Shown: one piece after another, positions 9,067 to 18,001 of the stretch
Numbering within the stretch: the stretch's first letter is position 1
Layout: each line of letters begins with the position of its first letter
DNA from: Actinomycetes bacterium
GTDB taxonomy: Bacteria; Actinomycetota; Thermoleophilia; BMS3ABIN01
Assembly: GCA_021785935.1 (NCBI GenBank)
Contig: JAJYOG010000006.1
Location: forward strand, 2,804-66,803
Reading direction: 5' to 3'
DNA: 64,000 nucleotides
The notes under the pieces: generated by a model
The model's database searches: none
What the model was told of the DNA's origin: nothing
The model's input: only the letters and a program-made list of their open reading frames with translations
Position numbers and translations under genes: made by a program

Positions 9067-9203
9067 TTCCAAACGGTTCAAAACACTAACCGCAAAGTTC
9101 GAATACCGCTGCACCGCCTCCACCATTATTCGCATCTCTGAAAATGCTTTGCCCAAGTCTTTTTCGGGCCCATGAACGTAAGAGCCGGCGGGAATCGAAC
9201 TTT
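9067..9203. repeat. Complete cassette junction (diverged copy)
   Basis: AAAGTTCGAATACCGCTGCACCGCCTCCACCA...TCTCTGAAAATGCTTTGCCCAAG...AGCCGGCGGGAATCGAACTTT. Confidence 0.8.
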
Positions 9204-9323
9204 CGTCTCGACTGAAATGACGCAAAGCCCCGTCCTTGATTTTGGTTGGCGTAAGTGGCAAATCCGTTGAATCATTCATAAGATGCCTGCATGTAGATAT
9301 AATGGCTTTCAAAAGGGAGCTTC

Positions 9324-9476
9324 GTGGGGAATCTGACAACAAGAAAGAAAAAGGCCTTAACTGATTTTCGAGATGTCCTGGTGGCAGACTTCGAGGCGCT
9401 GGACGTGCGCCTTTTTGGATCTCGCGCACGCGGAGAAGGCGACGAGGAATCGGATCTGGATGTTTTCATCGTTATT
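9324..9476 (+). pseudogene. Truncated paralog of the MNT gene at 753
   Basis: MGNLT...LFGSRARGEGDEESDLDVFIVIP, then interrupted by the 47-bp element; upstream DNA also homologous to 700-752. Confidence 0.85.
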
Positions 9477-9518
9477 CCGCCGCATAAAACTCCAGACTCC
9501 TGTCTGGAGATGTAGCGG
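9472..9518. repeat. 47-bp hairpin element, copy 2
   Basis: Identical to 196-242. Confidence 0.75.
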
Positions 9519-10118
9519 CTAGTTTCACTTTGAAAGAAGGCTGGGAGGCTTTAGAAGAGGCAAGGGAAGCTGAATGAAGACAAATAGTTCAAAAAACCCG
9601 CTTCAAAGTCTTTTTACAAACGACTCAGAAAGACCTAGCTCCTAACGCTCAGCTGCCAGTAACGTAGACGGAGAAAATCAATGAAAAACAGACTCTTTTC
9701 ATTTGCCCCCATCCTCATCCTCTTGTACATGCCTTTTGTCATTTCTGACTGCGAAAGCAAACAGGACATTTCAAAGGAACATAGCTGATTACCATCAATA
9801 GCAGGGGTCCTGGCCTGACCTTCACCCCTTGCAAGACGGGGCCGGATGAAAGTAATCCTACTTTGAAAGGCGCATACGACCAGATCGGTGATTACGAAAA
9901 ATTTGAAGTCACATGGTGCAACGCCGGTAGGGGCACTCCAGCCGGGGGCGGAACCATCGTTGGTGGTGCCACCATCAAGGCTTCATTTTGCTGCGAGACT
10001 ATTGAGCACGATGCCTCGTGAGAGGCATTTATCGCCCGTCGGCTCCCAGCGGTGTTAACATGGCATAATCCCCCAAAGACGTCCACAGCCAAGCCGTAAA
10101 ACCCGGAAAGGATTTCAG

Positions 10119-10925
10119 ATGGAAGCAGCAACCACGATTGAACTACTGACCAGAGTCAGGGAAAAGGCGCCGCTGATTCACAACATTACCAATTTTGTGG
10201 TCATGAACAGCTCCGCCAATATTCTGCTGGCGGCCGGCGCTTCTCCCGTAATGGCTCATAGCCCGGCGGAAGTCGAAGAAATGACCTCCATGTCCGGCGC
10301 CCTGGTGCTCAATATCGGCACCATCCAGGAGGATTGGCTCGACTCCATGATACTTGCGGCCAAAACCGCTAATGCCGTGGGCATTCCCATAGTCCTGGAT
10401 CCGGTTGGCGCGGGAGCAACCAGGCTCCGCACCGGCGCCATCCACAAAATCATGGAGAACTCGGACATTTCCGTCCTCCGGGGAAATTGCTCGGAGGTTC
10501 TTTCGCTCGGATCGGATGATATCAAAACGAAGGGAGTCGATTCTTCCCTGTCATTATCCGACCAGACCGTTGAAGCCGCCAAACAGATGGCAACCGAGAA
10601 GAAATGTGTTATCGCTATCTCCGGTGAAGAGGACGTTATCACCGACGGCGCCGCGGTCTACCGTGTGAGCAACGGCCAGCCAATTATGACCAAGGTAACA
10701 GGGATCGGTTGCGGACTGAGCGCGGTAACCGCTGCTTTTTGCGCGGTTGCAGACAACAGCCTTGCTTTGGCAACAGCAGCCGCTTTTGGCTATTACGGAC
10801 TTTGCGGCGACCTGGCCAGCAAGAAGAGCGTTAAACCGGCGAGCTTCCAGGTTGCTTTCATCGATCAGCTGTACACAACCGGAGACGAAGAGATCAGGGG
10901 GCATCTGAAGCTAAAAGAAGCTTAA
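10119..10925 (+). CDS. thiM: Hydroxyethylthiazole kinase
   Basis: PLIHNITNFVVMN, LDPVGAGAT and VTGIGC motifs. Confidence 0.95.
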   Translation: MEAATTIELLTRVREKAPLIHNITNFVVMNSSANILLAAGASPVMAHSPAEVEEMTSMSGALVLNIGTIQEDWLDSMILAAKTANAVGIPIVLDPVGAGATRLRTGAIHKIMENSDISVLRGNCSEVLSLGSDDIKTKGVDSSLSLSDQTVEAAKQMATEKKCVIAISGEEDVITDGAAVYRVSNGQPIMTKVTGIGCGLSAVTAAFCAVADNSLALATAAAFGYYGLCGDLASKKSVKPASFQVAFIDQLYTTGDEEIRGHLKLKEA

Positions 10926-10946
10926 TAAAGGGTATTCCGGGGGAAG

Positions 10947-11318
10947 ATGTGGCACAAAATGAAGAACCAGTCGACAACCAAAACCATCGATGAGTATATA
11001 GCGGGGTTCCCCCGGGAAACCCAAAAGGTACTCAAAGCCGTGCGGACGCTTATCGGGAAATCGGCGCCGGGCGCAACCGAGACGATAAGCTACGCGATCC
11101 CAACGTTCGATCTGAACGGCCGGCATCTTGTGCACTTCGCCGGGTTCGCGAAGCACATCGGTTTCTATCCGACACCAGGAGGAATTGCTGCGTTCAAGAA
11201 AGAGCTGGGACCCTACAAGACCGCAAAGGGCTCGGTGCAATTTCCCCTTGACCAGCCGATGCCCACTGACCTGATCCGCCGGATAGTCGAATTCAGGGTC
11301 GGTGAAATTACCCGCTAG
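10947..11318 (+). CDS. DUF1801/YdhG-like protein
   Basis: TIDEYIAGFP...ISYAIPTF...HIGFYP...KGSVQFP. Confidence 0.85.
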   Translation: MWHKMKNQSTTKTIDEYIAGFPRETQKVLKAVRTLIGKSAPGATETISYAIPTFDLNGRHLVHFAGFAKHIGFYPTPGGIAAFKKELGPYKTAKGSVQFPLDQPMPTDLIRRIVEFRVGEITR

Positions 11319-11398
11319 GCTTCTAAGTAGAGTTGGCGGTCACGCGGACCGAATATGAAATGGCAATAAAGCGCGGGACCCTGCGCCATATGGAATTA

Positions 11399-11881
11399 CT
11401 ATTTCTTGGCGGGTAACAACAACTGCGCTCCCGCCAGCACTACCAGCGCTCCGCCGGCAATAATGAAGAACCATGGCATCGTCCTCATCGGTAGCTGGTC
11501 GGCCTTCTGGAAGTTCTCGACGTTTTGGTCCATGACGTTGATGACGGTGCTAAAGTCCTGGCCCATCTTGTCCATTTGCTGCATACCATTGGCGACGCCT
11601 GGGAACTGCTGGCCCATCATCTGGTTCAGCTGATTCTGGCTCATACCCATTTGCTGGGCGAGTGCCGGCATCATCTTGTTAATGTCTTGCTGCATCCCCC
11701 CAAAGGTCTGCATGTGACCCTGGAAGGTGGTGACGTTGGGGCGTGTCAGCACTGGCTCAAACGCCTTCATCATATCGGCGCCAGCCGATGCTCGATCAAA
11801 CATCTTGTAGCCGAAGGGCGCGATGATGAGCGCCACGCCCACGAGCAGGATAATCACCGAAATTACTTTGTTGCTGGGCAT
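11399..11881 (-). CDS. Hypothetical membrane protein
   Basis: N- and C-terminal transmembrane helices, Met/Gln-rich middle; RBS AGGAG. Confidence 0.75.
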   Translation of the reverse strand: MPSNKVISVIILLVGVALIIAPFGYKMFDRASAGADMMKAFEPVLTRPNVTTFQGHMQTFGGMQQDINKMMPALAQQMGMSQNQLNQMMGQQFPGVANGMQQMDKMGQDFSTVINVMDQNVENFQKADQLPMRTMPWFFIIAGGALVVLAGAQLLLPAKK

Positions 11882-12032
11882 CTTTTTCTCCTTTTTGATG
11901 GTTGGCCGAAGCCACCGTTGGCCGTAACCGCCACTTCACATAATACTTGCTATGCAGGACATACCCAATATCCGCATATAGTAACATATGCAACTCTTAA
12001 AAATAGGGGTAAGCATTGAATAATCCTCATAA

Positions 12033-12051
12033 TTAAGTTAGACCACCCTTA
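12033..12051. promoter_or_regulatory. Putative DtxR/IdeR iron box
   Basis: TTAAGTTAGACCACCCTTA resembles TTAGGTTAGGCTAACCTAA, directly upstream of the iron permease. Confidence 0.55.
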
Positions 12052-12066
12052 TTAAGGTAACAAGAT

Positions 12067-12747
12067 ATGTCCTACCAGTTGGAGGTTATAATGCTTACTG
12101 CTTTGTTTATCACTATCAGGGAAGGGTTGGAGGCCGCTCTGATAATCTCTCTGGTGCTTTCCTTCCTGAAGAGGGCGGGAGAAATGGCCGGCAGCCGTTT
12201 CGTTTGGCTGGGGGTTGGGGCCGCGGTCGCAACCAGCGTTATCGCGGGGGTGGCGCTGTTTCTGGCCGCCGATGAACTCTCGGGTGAGGTTGGCGAAATA
12301 TTTGAGACCAGCGTGACCTTGCTGGCGGTGACAATTCTTACCTATATGATCTTCTGGATGCGCAGTCATGGTGGCAAACTAAAGGGGGGTCTGGAGCAGC
12401 AGGCTGGGCACGCCATGAGCGCATCTTCCCCCCTGGCTCTGACGGTGCTTGCATTTGCCGCCATGGGGCGGGAAGGGCTGGAAACGGTCCTGTTTCTCTT
12501 TGCCAGCGCCTCGAACGCCGGCCTGCCCGAAACACTCGTAGGCGGAGCAGCGGGGCTGGCATTGGCCGCGGCGGCCGGTCTTGCTCTTTACCGCGGCAGC
12601 TCGCGGCTGAACCTCAAGTTGTTTTTCAGGACTACTGGAATCCTGCTGATCGTGTTTGCCGCAGGAATCATATCCCACATGCTTGGAGATGCGGGAGAAC
12701 TGGACTTACCGGCCTCGCTTATGGCGAATGAAAACGCCCAAAGTTAA
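12067..12747 (+). CDS. FTR1/EfeU iron permease, possibly C-terminally truncated
   Basis: Two REGLE motifs, hydrophobic; ends shortly after the last long helix. Confidence 0.85.
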   Translation: MSYQLEVIMLTALFITIREGLEAALIISLVLSFLKRAGEMAGSRFVWLGVGAAVATSVIAGVALFLAADELSGEVGEIFETSVTLLAVTILTYMIFWMRSHGGKLKGGLEQQAGHAMSASSPLALTVLAFAAMGREGLETVLFLFASASNAGLPETLVGGAAGLALAAAAGLALYRGSSRLNLKLFFRTTGILLIVFAAGIISHMLGDAGELDLPASLMANENAQS

Positions 12748-12792
12748 GGCAAGACAACTATTGAGAAAGAAATTGGAAATGGTTTCACCGAT

Positions 12793-13086
12793 TTAACAGC
12801 AGCCGGAGCTTTCATCGCCGCCGCACCCGCAAGCAGGTTCGCCGCCCGTAATCATGCCGTTGATAATCGCGGCGGCGCAGCCCACGCCCGAATCAACGAT
12901 GATAGCGGCAAATTCGCAATTTAGCGCGCAGGCTCCACATTCCATGCAGCGGTCCCGGTCTGTGATCGCAGCTCGCTTGTCTTTCATGACAAAGACTCCG
13001 TGGGGGCAGACCTCCACGCACTTTTTACAGCCGGTACATTTTTCAATGTCATATTCCAGCGTGACTACATTCGCAAGATATTTCAT
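12793..13086 (-). CDS. hgcB: Mercury methylation ferredoxin HgcB
   Basis: Two 4Fe-4S motifs including CMECGAC, GVGCA, C-terminal CC; downstream of hgcA; start MKYL with RBS GGAG. Confidence 0.93.
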   Translation of the reverse strand: MKYLANVVTLEYDIEKCTGCKKCVEVCPHGVFVMKDKRAAITDRDRCMECGACALNCEFAAIIVDSGVGCAAAIINGMITGGEPACGCGGDESSGCC

Positions 13087-13126
13087 ATGCTCCTGCCTTC
13101 GCCAAGCTTGCTGACGATCAAGAAAT

Positions 13127-14140
13127 TCATGCAATCCCCCATTCGCCGGCCTTGAAGAAGATCAGCATCAGCAGGGATACGGCTGCCGCGCCAATGTAAA
13201 GCGGGATGGCGATCTTCAGCTCTTTCCTTACCCCGGACATGCCGGTATATGTGGTCGAGCCGGTAAACTGAAGCGCGATATACGAACTTGCCGCCGGGAA
13301 GAACAAGAAGGTGGCGATTCGCAACGTCCAATGATCCTGTGTTGCCGAGATCGGCGGAGCCAGTGTCGCAAGATAGACCGCTACGGCGCCGGCGATCATT
13401 CCCTTGATCGCGAATGATCTGAATGGGATAAAGGGAAGCAGCACCGGCGTTATTAACGCGCCGGCGGCAACGGTAACAAGACCCATCAGCAGAAACGGCA
13501 CCCCGCTGTCCCGGATGCTTGAGAACAGGATCCCATTCCCCTGTAGTCCGAAGAGGATCAGGACGCCCGCCGCAAACCAAAGGTACTGCCTCATGGCTGG
13601 GTTGATCTCCATCGGCGTCAGCACCAGCCGGTCCCGTATGGGGAAGCGGATGGTGCTCATCTCCGGTGTCTTCCTGTAGCCCGCGCGCATGTAGGCAGGA
13701 ATGTCCGACGCGCGCACGGGGCCGAACGAGACCTTGAACCCTGTTCGCGTCCGGACCTCGGCAGCGTTGACCCCGACCGCGCCGAGTTGGGGCAGCATCA
13801 GCCGCCGGTGATTGACGACGCTTTCGAGCCGTGCCTCAACTATCTGCTTCACCAGCTCCTGTGTACCGAAGGTGCCTTTGCCAGCTGCGCACCAGACATT
13901 GATGCCCTTCGTGTCCAGCACCAGAATCCAGATGTCGAAGCCTTTCAGCTCCTGCCTGAGCACGTCGAAGCTGAGTTTGTAATTGGCGCTGACGAGCACA
14001 TCGGAGTTCGCGTCAGGCTCGCCAAGAGCATAAAGGCCGGGAGCAACGATGTACCTGTCCCGGAAAGCGCCCAGCCTGCATCTGAGGTGTTCCCAGCGCT
14101 CGGACTGGCTTATGTCCGCCGTGACTGATTGCGCCATCAT
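13127..14140 (-). CDS. hgcA: Mercury methylation corrinoid protein HgcA
   Basis: Cap-helix motif GINVWCAAGKGTF, ANYKLSFD, C-terminal TM region with FTGSTTYT; start placed just after arsR stop. Confidence 0.95.
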   Translation of the reverse strand: MMAQSVTADISQSERWEHLRCRLGAFRDRYIVAPGLYALGEPDANSDVLVSANYKLSFDVLRQELKGFDIWILVLDTKGINVWCAAGKGTFGTQELVKQIVEARLESVVNHRRLMLPQLGAVGVNAAEVRTRTGFKVSFGPVRASDIPAYMRAGYRKTPEMSTIRFPIRDRLVLTPMEINPAMRQYLWFAAGVLILFGLQGNGILFSSIRDSGVPFLLMGLVTVAAGALITPVLLPFIPFRSFAIKGMIAGAVAVYLATLAPPISATQDHWTLRIATFLFFPAASSYIALQFTGSTTYTGMSGVRKELKIAIPLYIGAAAVSLLMLIFFKAGEWGIA

Positions 14141-14141
14141 A

Positions 14142-14501
14142 TCAACAGCTTCGCTCGAGGCAGATCTTGGCTGCTCTCTCTGGAAAATATTTTCGTAGTG
14201 TTTCATGATCTTCGCGGACCCTTGGCATTGCCAATAGATCTTTTTGCAGCAGGTCCAGCAGATCCTTGTGGAGGGCGCCACCGCCTTCAGCCAGCCGGTA
14301 ATGCATCCATACGCCCTCGCGGCGATCGTCGACCAGGCCTGAGTGTTTCAGGTACGCCAGGTGGCGGGAAATGGTGGATTGGGGGAGACCCAGAATGGCC
14401 ATCAGCTCACAAACACAAAGCTCGCCCTCGAGGAGGAGGCCCAGGATTCTCAGACGGGTGTCGTCGGAGAGCGCCTTAAAGGTTTGAGCTGCCGCTTTCA
14501 T
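14142..14501 (-). CDS. arsR: ArsR/SmtB family regulator
   Basis: FKALSDDTRLRIL...ELCVCEL...QSTISRHLAYL. Confidence 0.92.
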   Translation of the reverse strand: MKAAAQTFKALSDDTRLRILGLLLEGELCVCELMAILGLPQSTISRHLAYLKHSGLVDDRREGVWMHYRLAEGGGALHKDLLDLLQKDLLAMPRVREDHETLRKYFPERAAKICLERSC

Positions 14502-14513
14502 ATATAGCAATAT

Positions 14514-14529
14514 ATCCGCATAGACGGAT
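14514..14529. promoter_or_regulatory. Inverted repeat, putative ArsR operator
   Basis: ATCCG-N6-CGGAT between TTGACT (minus strand, 14532-14537) and the arsR start. Confidence 0.5.
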
Positions 14530-14558
14530 TAAGTCAAACTTGGGACAAATCGAAAACA

Positions 14559-15710
14559 CTAATGCTGCATATGCTCGTGTTCCGATATCTCCGGTTCATT
14601 CATCATCTTCAGCATGGTATATCCACCAACTTTGAAGAATCGCGTCAACATTATCAGGGCGAAAATCAGGAATATGACATTAAGGACCGTCGTGTAATTA
14701 AGGCTGATTCCGGACACCACGGTTTGCAGGTTGCTCCTCTCCGGGATCAATCCAAGAGCACCAAAGATAATCTCGATCAGGTAGCCGGCGCCAGCCATGG
14801 CCGCGTACGATGAGACCAGCAAAAAGGCGCTCATCTTCATTCCGTAATATTTCCGGTAAATGTTGAGGATCGGCAGGATGATCAGATCAGCGAAGATGAA
14901 CGAGATGACGCCGCCAAAGCTGATGCCGCCGTTCCATAAAACCACGGCCAGCGGAACATTGCCGATTGAGCAGACAAAGGAAAGCATCGAGACCAGCGGG
15001 CCGATCAGCGGACCCCACAGCTTGGCAAAGGTACCGCTATCGCTGAAAAACAGGGATTGCCAGAACGTGTCGGGGACCCAGGCCGCCAGGGCCCCGGCGA
15101 TCAGTAGCCCCAGGGCGATGTCCCTCCAGACGGAAGCCCAGTCCATCGCGAAGTAGCTGCTCGTTGATGTAAAGCCCTTTTGTGATATTAATCGGTGTAG
15201 CAGTGGGCCTGCTTCTACTGACATGTCCATCTCGGCGTGGCCTTCCATCAGTCCCCGCCGTCCCATGAGCGCCTGCTTGCGAGCATCTTCGACCGCCGTT
15301 TGTTTCAGGAATATCCTGAAGATAAGCGCCAGCAGAATTATCATGAAAAAGCCTCCGGCGAATTCCGCCAGCGTGAACTGCCAGCCGAGCAGCAGCGCCA
15401 TGATGATGCCGAGTTCGATTACGAGGTTGGTTGAGGCAAACTCAAAGACTATCGCCGCGGCGAAATCCCCGCCCTTCTTGAAGATCGATCGCGCTATTGC
15501 CACCGCCGCGTACGAGCAGGATGATGACGCTGCACCGAGAACGCCCGCCAGGGCGATGGAGCGGGGCGAGCTGTCTGGCAGCAGCTTTTCCATCTCCCTG
15601 CGGGAAACAACCGCCTGGATGCCGGCCGAAATAGTAAAGCCCAGGATAAGAGCCCAGAGGATCTCCCAAAGCATGTTGAGCGACATATTCAGGGCATCAA
15701 GTAAGAACAT
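14559..15710 (-). CDS. DUF318/ArsP-like permease
   Basis: GAASSSCSYAAVA and SFVCSIGNVP motifs, multi-TM, His-rich tail. Confidence 0.85.
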   Translation of the reverse strand: MFLLDALNMSLNMLWEILWALILGFTISAGIQAVVSRREMEKLLPDSSPRSIALAGVLGAASSSCSYAAVAIARSIFKKGGDFAAAIVFEFASTNLVIELGIIMALLLGWQFTLAEFAGGFFMIILLALIFRIFLKQTAVEDARKQALMGRRGLMEGHAEMDMSVEAGPLLHRLISQKGFTSTSSYFAMDWASVWRDIALGLLIAGALAAWVPDTFWQSLFFSDSGTFAKLWGPLIGPLVSMLSFVCSIGNVPLAVVLWNGGISFGGVISFIFADLIILPILNIYRKYYGMKMSAFLLVSSYAAMAGAGYLIEIIFGALGLIPERSNLQTVVSGISLNYTTVLNVIFLIFALIMLTRFFKVGGYTMLKMMNEPEISEHEHMQH

Positions 15711-15759
15711 GGATCAATTCTAACCGTTCGAGCTATTTGTTATGCAACCAAGCGCGCTT

Positions 15760-16154
15760 CTGCGGCGGTTAAGGTAACAGCCCTGCTAGGCCCCAATGGC
15801 GCCGGTAAGACAACGACGATGCGGATTCTGCTGGGGTTGGCGCGGCCGCAATCAGGAACGGCCCTGATCGAAGGGCGCAGATACGAGGAACTGGAAGACC
15901 CCAGGCGCACGGTCGGGGCCGCGCTCGACTCGATGGGTTTCCATCCGGGGAGAACGGGTCGCAACCATCTGCGAGTCGTGGCCCGCGCCGCTGGCATCAA
16001 CCCGTCACGGGTCGACGAGGTGCTGGAAGTGGTCGGTCAGACCGCGGCGGGCGCCAGAATCGTCATCCATGAGTTGACGACCGAAACAGGCACAGCCCAG
16101 CTGGAGCAGATGTTCCTGGAGCTAACCGGCAAGGAACAGGAGGCGCTGTCATGA
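15760..16154 (+). pseudogene. ABC transporter ATP-binding subunit remnant
   Basis: Walker A LLGPNGAGKTT upstream of the ORF start; signature/Walker B region absent. Confidence 0.75.
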
Positions 16155-16783
16155 AATCACTTCTCTCTGCAGAATTTCTCAAGATCAGGACCACCCGCAC
16201 CGCGTCGGCGCTGTTGGGCGCGATCGTTGTTATCACTGCACTATCTATTGTCGCCACGGTCGCGCGGGGTGTCCCGGGGAATGTCAGCCTGGAATCGGAT
16301 GAGGGCATTCGGGCAGTGCTTCACGTGGCAGGCAGCGGCGCCCTCTTTGTGCTCATCCTGGGCGTCATCGTCACGGCGGGTGAATACCGTCAGAAAACCT
16401 CGGTAGATACATACCTGACCACGCCGAAGCGTTCGCGTGTGCTTGTAGCCAAGCTGGCTGCGTCGATGTGCGCAGGCGTTTTATTCGGGGCGGTTGTCTA
16501 TGCCGCTCTCTTCGGCGGGCTGGGCGCTTCCATTGGCAGCTTGATCCGCAATCAGATAGTTGCCATAATCGCCACGATCGCCGTGTTGATCATCGCCGAG
16601 CCGATGATCTTTGTGCTTAGTCCAAGCATAGGGCGTTGGCTGCCAGCTGCTTTGGGCAGGGCGATTGTGAGCGATCCCGGTGGGGATTTCCTCAGTCAGC
16701 CCGTTGCCGGGGTGATACTCTTCAGCTACGTGACAGTAATCATGATCGCCGCCGCTGCCATCGAGCGCCGCCGGGATGCCTAG
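16151..16783 (+). CDS. ABC-2 type permease
   Basis: AEFLKIRTTR, GEYR...TP.RSRVLVAK, C-terminal RRDA. Confidence 0.75.
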   Translation: MKSLLSAEFLKIRTTRTASALLGAIVVITALSIVATVARGVPGNVSLESDEGIRAVLHVAGSGALFVLILGVIVTAGEYRQKTSVDTYLTTPKRSRVLVAKLAASMCAGVLFGAVVYAALFGGLGASIGSLIRNQIVAIIATIAVLIIAEPMIFVLSPSIGRWLPAALGRAIVSDPGGDFLSQPVAGVILFSYVTVIMIAAAAIERRRDA

Positions 16784-16791
16784 AGGTCTGG

Positions 16792-17430
16792 ATGCCTAGA
16801 CCGCTGCCGGAACACGTCCAGGAGGTCACTGGTGGCGACAGCGCCGCCATCCGCGAGCATATCCTCGACGCCGCCTATCGCGTGATCGTCGCCCGGGGCC
16901 TCGCTGGCGCCAGCACCCGCGCCATTGCTACCGAGGCCGAGATCGGCGCCGGCACCATCTATAATTATTTCAACAACCGGCTGCAGCCGCTCGCCCATGC
17001 CATGCTCAGGCGTATAGAGCTGCTATCCAGGCCGGTCAGCGATCTCCCCGGCCGGGCGGGAAAGCATACTGTCGCCGTGAACCTGCGTTACTATGCCAGC
17101 TGCATCAGCTCGACGCTGGACGAGCTGGTGCCGCTCGGAGCCGCTGCCTTCTCAGACCCCAAGTTGCTTGCCGCCATGAGAGCCGAGCATGCCAACGGCG
17201 AATCGGTCCATAGCTCCGTGAACATACTCAGTAAATATCTTTTAGCTGAACAGAGGCTGGGCCGCATCCGCGCTACCGCGGATCACCGCACCGCCGCCGA
17301 AATTGTTTTTCGCATCTGCCACGATCAGGCATTCCATCGTTACCTTGAAGGTGGATCCATGAAGCCTGAGACGCTGACCCGGGAAATCGACTTTGTGGCT
17401 GAAGCGCTTACATCGGGTTCAGGCTCTTAA
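16792..17430 (+). CDS. TetR/AcrR family regulator
   Basis: ILDAAYRVIVARGLAGASTRAIA...GTIYNYF; start MPRPLP. Confidence 0.88.
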   Translation: MPRPLPEHVQEVTGGDSAAIREHILDAAYRVIVARGLAGASTRAIATEAEIGAGTIYNYFNNRLQPLAHAMLRRIELLSRPVSDLPGRAGKHTVAVNLRYYASCISSTLDELVPLGAAAFSDPKLLAAMRAEHANGESVHSSVNILSKYLLAEQRLGRIRATADHRTAAEIVFRICHDQAFHRYLEGGSMKPETLTREIDFVAEALTSGSGS

Positions 17431-17564
17431 TGTTTGAAAACCCCCCTGTTTGTTCAGAACGGTGACACGGCTGCTTCAGGCTCGTCGCGATTGCCTCTGA
17501 CCGGGCCTGGTTGCCGCCGCTGGTTATTTCTGGCGTGAAACAAAACAGGGGGAGGATGATTTGC

Positions 17565-17933
17565 ATGAGTGAGCTTGTAGCGATCTGCTATCCCGACGAA
17601 GACTCCGCCGGCAAGGTTCTGAGCAAGCTGCAGAGCCTGTAGAAGACCTATCTCATCGATCTCGATGACGCCGCGCTGATTGTCCGGAACGAAAAAGGCA
17701 AGTTCAAGGTTACCACCACAGATCATGTAGTGGCTCAATCAACTCTTGGCGGCATGTTTTGGGGGACGCTGATCGGCCTCCTGTTTCTGGCGCCAGTCGC
17801 CGGCATGGCTATTGGCGGCGCCGTCGGCGCGGCCGCTGGCAGTCTGGGCAACATGGTCATCAAGGATGATTTTAAAAAACGGGTGCTGGAAGAAGTGCGG
17901 CCGTGGGCTCGCGTTGCTGAAGAAAGTTGCTAA
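17565..17933 (+). pseudogene. DUF1269 family membrane protein with nonsense codon
   Basis: MSELVAICYPDE... TAG at 17640-17642, frame resumes to GMFWGTLIGLLFLAP; 3' truncated. Confidence 0.75.
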
Positions 17934-18001
17934 AGCCTCCCTTGAGGGCTCGTCTGGTCTTGCCTCCCATTCCCGGCAATTCGCGGAAACGTGTCAGCCG
18001 T

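Noticed and set aside
2512-9660. Classical integron attC array
   Set aside because: A few stops read ...TAAC (2513, 3200, about 9643) but I found no matching GTTRRRY ends or attC stems, and no intI
9680-10110. TPP riboswitch or thiD/thiE upstream of thiM
   Set aside because: No CTGAGA/TPP core and no recognisable ORF; only short broken frames
14141-14281. N-terminal extension of HgcA given by the ORF track
   Set aside because: Overlaps the arsR coding region; ATG at 14140 directly follows the arsR stop and gives a 337-aa protein
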